From NCBI GenBank assembly GCA_963778115.1, contig CAVZSV010000004.1, positions 1,184,001 through 1,248,000 on the forward strand: a stretch of DNA of 64,000 nt, in the 5' to 3' direction. The stretch comes from an uncultured delta proteobacterium. GTDB taxonomy: Bacteria > Bdellovibrionota > FAC87 > UBA2466. The position numbers and the translations under genes are program-made. This document shows positions 60,801 to 64,000 of this stretch, in pieces. Positions within the stretch are counted from its first letter, which is position 1; every line of letters begins with the position of its first letter. Under the pieces are notes generated by a model. The model was not told where the DNA came from and searched no databases. It worked only from the letters and a program-made list of their open reading frames with translations.

Positions 60801-61005
60801 TTTCGGCCTACTTCCGGCGGCCCTCTCCCACGGAATCGGTTCCGACTCCCAACGGCCGATGGCGATCGTCATCGTAGGGGGATTACTAACCGACTTAATC
60901 TTTAGCTTCTTTCTCTTGCCGGTGCTCTATCACTGGTTCGCGAAACGCGAAGACGATAAAGGGCCTTGTCCGCTGCCGGAAGGCAACGAGGTAAAAGCGG
61001 CTTAG
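57856..61005 (+). CDS. czcA: CzcA/CusA family heavy-metal efflux RND permease
   Basis: LPIEAYPDI, ANLLSLGALDFGMIVDGAVVMVEN, RVRPILMTA, GSDSQRPMA. Confidence 0.9.
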   Translation: MIHKIIAFSLANRALVICFTIALFIGGVIAYKNLPIEAYPDIADTQVQVISQWPGHAAEELERQITVPLEIALNSTPHHTHLRSLSLPGLSVITLIFDENTNSFVARQSVLEKLQQVTLPANVQPTMAPDSSPVGQLYWYVLDSKTRTPMELKEIEDWELEKRWKEVPGIADVSSFGGMVKQYQVLINPTALGNFGLATSNVVQAIASNNQNSGGGFLARGLQSYNIRGVGKANSITDLEKIVVTAKNGTPIRVGNLGNVVIGEQPRLGAISMAEREPDGTIDDRDEVVEGVVLSRTGEIDQQVLDRIHEKKEDIEKNFLPRDVRIKPYLDRSDLIRLTSETVQENMVTGMLLVSVILLFFLGNMRSALIVAATIPLSLLFASILLDVRKIPANLLSLGALDFGMIVDGAVVMVENIFRHRREKQESGQSVQMLSLILEAAAEVERPIVYAIAIIILAYLPVFTLQRIEGRLFSPLAWTIAFALLGSLVLVLTVTPVLCFYFLKGDLKEWHNPILKVVQDRYRLGLDWALDNKAKVIGVAVVSFIASLYLALGGPIGSEFLPHLDEGAIWLRGTLPPSTSHATAKEFVKKIRAIIMEFTEVPITVCQIGRPDDGTDATGFFNTECFVNLKPRKQWRPQFHTKEDLITAMNNELQKIPGVIWNFSQPISDNVEEAMSGVKGELVVKVFGEDLKTLSDKAHEIKTVMSGVKGIEDLGVFDVLGQPNIDIEVNRDTISRYGLNVSDVQDVIETAVGGKTASQMVEGEKSFDIVVRYQPQFRNQIDQIRRITVATPDGYRIPLDELASFKITDGASMIYRENNGRYIAVKFSVRGRDLASSIAEAQKQVARKIQLPPRYRLDWSGEFESEQRAEARLAIVIPLTVLAIYFVLYLMFQSAAWAFILMACVITARIGGVLALWITGTNFSVSSGIGFLAVFGVSIQTGVILVSCVDQLRKSGMPLRDAILQGCVKRVRPILMTALVATFGLLPAALSHGIGSDSQRPMAIVIVGGLLTDLIFSFFLLPVLYHWFAKREDDKGPCPLPEGNEVKAA

Positions 61006-62192
61006 AAGTAGTACTTCACTGCAACGTAAGTCAGGTCCGGCAGACCCATTTGGATCTGAGGGGCAACCGGCAGCAGGTATCGTCCTCCGAACTCGGCCGT
61101 TTCACCCCCAATATTGAGAAACTGGCCTGCCATGAGATCCACGTTTTGCCATAAAGAGAAATTAAGATAGAAATGAATGAGAAACGAAGGATCGGCGACA
61201 TTCGCGATAAGTAACAAATTAGTTTTTAATCGGGCCGTAGTATCCCAAGTTACTGTCGCCCCGGCATAATATTTTCCTTGGTATGGAGCTGGCAAGTGGA
61301 CCGGTGCTTGCAATAAATAAGGCTTAATCCCGCCAAAACCGTTATAAAACACTTCAAACTGGGCGCTCCACGTAGCTGAAAAAACGGTGTCAAAGCCCAC
61401 TAACCCCTGGGCGTACTGAGCCCCATTGTCGTCATAGCCTACGAGTTCCGCTCGGATTAATGACTCTCCGATATTTCCCGCGGTTTCTAGACCAATATAC
61501 ATTTTGTCATCCGATCGGCCGGTAGTTAGAGCCACATCAAAGCCATTCTTGGTCCCTTTGGCGCGAAGATGAAAGTCACTATTTTGTTCGCCGGGGACCC
61601 TAGGGAGAAATCTACCCTCGAGGACTAAAGGGCCATCCCAAATGACGGTGGCGGCATCTTCGGTAACGGGGTATTCGGGATCGACAATAACAAAGGGATA
61701 GCGAGGCACTTGTGAAACAGCATTAAAAATATGGCCAACTCCGGTCGCAATCACTTGCTTTCCTAGTCGGACTTCCACCGGAGCCCAGTTAAACTGCACA
61801 TAGGCCCTATCGATGCGAGTGTTGATGAGAGTCTGATTATTATTCACCAGATTCCAAGAAGCGTTCCAGGCTGGAACAGGATTGTAAGAGGGAACCGTAA
61901 GCGACGACGCATTCGCCTTTTGGTAAAAGAGAGAGGTTTGATCGGCAAATTCCGCCAAAAACCAATCTTTGGATAGGGTAGCTTGAAGACGCAACCGCTG
62001 CTCGGTCAGAGGCTCGGTATTACTTTGATAGATATTAGTTTGGTTAAGCCATTCGATCTCTCCTATCGATTTATAGGAGCCGCTGACGTCAAGATTCCAG
62101 GGGGAGGAACTTGAGGTATCTTTCGCTCGGCGCCTGGTTTCAGGCCGCCCTTCGCAGGGTAGGATCGACCAAAGGCACACGAACCACAGCAT
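61002..62192 (-). CDS. Probable outer-membrane beta-barrel associated with the ABC cassette
   Basis: IDRAYV..VRLGKQVIATGVG..FN motif; C-terminal KYYF; start uncertain (ATG 62192, track start 62279). Confidence 0.7.
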   Translation of the reverse strand: MLWFVCLWSILPCEGRPETRRRAKDTSSSSPWNLDVSGSYKSIGEIEWLNQTNIYQSNTEPLTEQRLRLQATLSKDWFLAEFADQTSLFYQKANASSLTVPSYNPVPAWNASWNLVNNNQTLINTRIDRAYVQFNWAPVEVRLGKQVIATGVGHIFNAVSQVPRYPFVIVDPEYPVTEDAATVIWDGPLVLEGRFLPRVPGEQNSDFHLRAKGTKNGFDVALTTGRSDDKMYIGLETAGNIGESLIRAELVGYDDNGAQYAQGLVGFDTVFSATWSAQFEVFYNGFGGIKPYLLQAPVHLPAPYQGKYYAGATVTWDTTARLKTNLLLIANVADPSFLIHFYLNFSLWQNVDLMAGQFLNIGGETAEFGGRYLLPVAPQIQMGLPDLTYVAVKYYF

Positions 62193-62898
62193 CAGGTACC
62201 GAAGCTCCCGGCGCTGTTTGTCGGCGCAAGTTATCCGATTTGATCCGTCCGTCGGAAATTTCAAGTATTCGGTCTGCAATCCTCAGTACCATAGGATCGT
62301 GGGACGAAAAAAGGAAGGTGATCTTTTTTGTCTCGTTTAAGGTTCTAAATAATAGCAGAAGCCGCTCGGCAGTCGTCGAATCTAAGTTGGCCGTGGGCTC
62401 GTCGGCGAAGACGATCTTGGGTTCGGACACTATCGCGCGAGCAATGGCCACTCGCTGCTGCTGTCCCCCAGATAGTTGGGCGGGAAAACGCTTTCCCAGG
62501 CCTTTCATTCCCACCTCTTCCAAAGCCATTTCAGCCAGTTGCTTGCGCTTTTTCGGAGAGAACCCTTTGAGGGCCAGCTGATATTCCACATTCTCTAAAG
62601 CAGTAAGAACGGGAAACAGATTATAGGATTGAAAGACAAAACCTACCGACTTTCGACGCAGCAAGGTCAACCGATTACCGTCCATTTGGGTGAGATCTTT
62701 TTCCAGAAGAAGTACCTTTCCCTTGGAAGGGAGATTTAAGCCGGCAGCTAAGTTCAAAATGGTCGATTTCCCGGATCCCGAGGGTCCGGCCAGAGCGGTA
62801 AATTCGCCCTGCTTAACGGTAAACGACACCTCTTTCAGAGCAGTGGCAGTCGTCCCGTACTCTTTAGAAACCTCATTAAATACAAGAACGTCGCCCAT
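62140..62898 (-). CDS. ABC transporter ATP-binding protein (LolD/MacB-like)
   Basis: GPSGSGKS, GFVFQSYNL, LSGGQQQRVAIARA, FADEPTANLD, SSHD. Confidence 0.95.
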   Translation of the reverse strand: MGDVLVFNEVSKEYGTTATALKEVSFTVKQGEFTALAGPSGSGKSTILNLAAGLNLPSKGKVLLLEKDLTQMDGNRLTLLRRKSVGFVFQSYNLFPVLTALENVEYQLALKGFSPKKRKQLAEMALEEVGMKGLGKRFPAQLSGGQQQRVAIARAIVSEPKIVFADEPTANLDSTTAERLLLLFRTLNETKKITFLFSSHDPMVLRIADRILEISDGRIKSDNLRRQTAPGASVPDAVVRVPLVDPTLRRAA

Positions 62899-62921
62899 AG
62901 TTCCTCTTCTTTAGTCTCTCA

Positions 62922-64000
62922 TTAGTGAGCTCTTAAAGCTTCTACCGCTCGCATCTTTGCAATGTGCCGTATGGGAAATATCGACACGGCCAGCGAGAGC
63001 GCTAAAATGCAGACGGTAATCATGACGCTGTTGCCCCAACGAACGGTAGGATAACTAATGGTTTGGATGATAGTCCCTTGCACTACGATGCTCTGGCTGG
63101 TGAGCCAACGCAGATCAAAACCATACTTATTAAAGTAAAGGGTAATGCCAATCCCCAGCACATTGCCCAAGATGACACCGACTCCGCTTAGCAGCATTGT
63201 CTCCATCATCACCATTTGGATCACTTCAGCTTTTAAGGTTCCTATGGCCATCATCACGCCAAACTCTCGGGTTCTTTCCATAATGCTCATTAAAATGGAA
63301 TTAGCGATTCCCATGGCCGCTACAAAGAGGATGATGATCATTAGCAATCGATTGGCACTCTTATTCAACTCGATCATCGCCATCAAAGGTCTTTGTATTT
63401 CCTTCCAAGACATCATCTGAACATGCGAACCTTTGGGAAAGGCCGACCGGAAATCGTTATAGACAGGGTCTAGATCGGTCTCTTGATGCAACACTACTGA
63501 GACCTGATGGACCGCGTGAGGAGGAAGGCTAAGGAGCATGCGTGCATCATTGATATTAATGAACGCTAAGGACTTATCCGCATCGCTTTGGGTTTCGAAA
63601 ATCCCTGCCACGTGAAACAGCTCGTTTCCGATGGATCCATCCACTCCTTGAGTAAGGGCCACGACTTTAGAACCTACTTCGACTTTAAGCAGACGGCTCA
63701 GAGCTTTCCCTAACAGAATAGTTTTGTCCTTTCCTGGTTCTAGATATTTCCCCTTGGTGATGTTAGCCGCAAAGCGTGTCACATGCCTTTCTCTTTTGGG
63801 ATCGATTCCCATAAAGAGAATATTGGCCGAACCCATCGCGGAAGAAACTAGGCCCTGTACCACCACACGTTCGCTAATGGCTTTTACTTCCGGGCGATCC
63901 ATTAACCACTTTTCGACACGTTCCGGATTTTTGAGATACAAAGAGGGTTGAGTCTTAGTCTGATATCCAGGAAATCCAACTACCAAATGGCCGCTTTGGT
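62922..64000 (-). CDS. ABC transporter permease (FtsX/LolE-like), 5' end outside the window
   Basis: MSIMERTREFGVMMAIG, VEALR; frame stays open to the window edge. Confidence 0.9.
   Translation of the reverse strand, partial: QSGHLVVGFPGYQTKTQPSLYLKNPERVEKWLMDRPEVKAISERVVVQGLVSSAMGSANILFMGIDPKRERHVTRFAANITKGKYLEPGKDKTILLGKALSRLLKVEVGSKVVALTQGVDGSIGNELFHVAGIFETQSDADKSLAFININDARMLLSLPPHAVHQVSVVLHQETDLDPVYNDFRSAFPKGSHVQMMSWKEIQRPLMAMIELNKSANRLLMIIILFVAAMGIANSILMSIMERTREFGVMMAIGTLKAEVIQMVMMETMLLSGVGVILGNVLGIGITLYFNKYGFDLRWLTSQSIVVQGTIIQTISYPTVRWGNSVMITVCILALSLAVSIFPIRHIAKMRAVEALRAH

Overview
Bacterial chromosomal window, about 50% GC by eye, densely coding. I saw no rRNA, tRNA, CRISPR array, integrase or transposase. 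The gene content suggests a Bdellovibrionota/Oligoflexia-like organism, which is inference only: many secreted hydrolases, giant Ig/propeller lipoproteins, an FN3/FecR plus adenylate cyclase locus, and an M56 fusion. Left to right: (1) LPS/glycan genes (partial GT9, CgeB-type GT, GT4, hldE); (2) methyltransferase, degenerate hemerythrin, P450, GNAT, a frameshifted GT-like gene, YbjQ and ACBP; (3) a 1475-aa IPT/FG-GAP lipoprotein; (4) a sigma54-driven PEP-CTERM-type EPS locus, followed by a secreted caspase-family protease, a 12-Cys mini-protein with an LPETP-TM-basic tail and an adjacent exosortase; (5) a beta-barrel/FecR-like/adenylate cyclase module; (6) NAD-dependent formate dehydrogenase; (7) a 1716-aa Big_2/NHL lipoprotein; (8) a hydrolase cluster including a papain-family enzyme with a cathepsin X-type mini-loop; (9) BlaI plus an M56-transpeptidase with clear operators; (10) a CzcCBA-type RND pump and a partial LolCDE-like ABC system. 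Best novelty candidates are the exosortase/LPETP-CTERM Cys-rich pair, the cathepsin X-like protease and the putative trans-envelope cAMP module. All family calls come from motif recognition by eye; no database searches were run.
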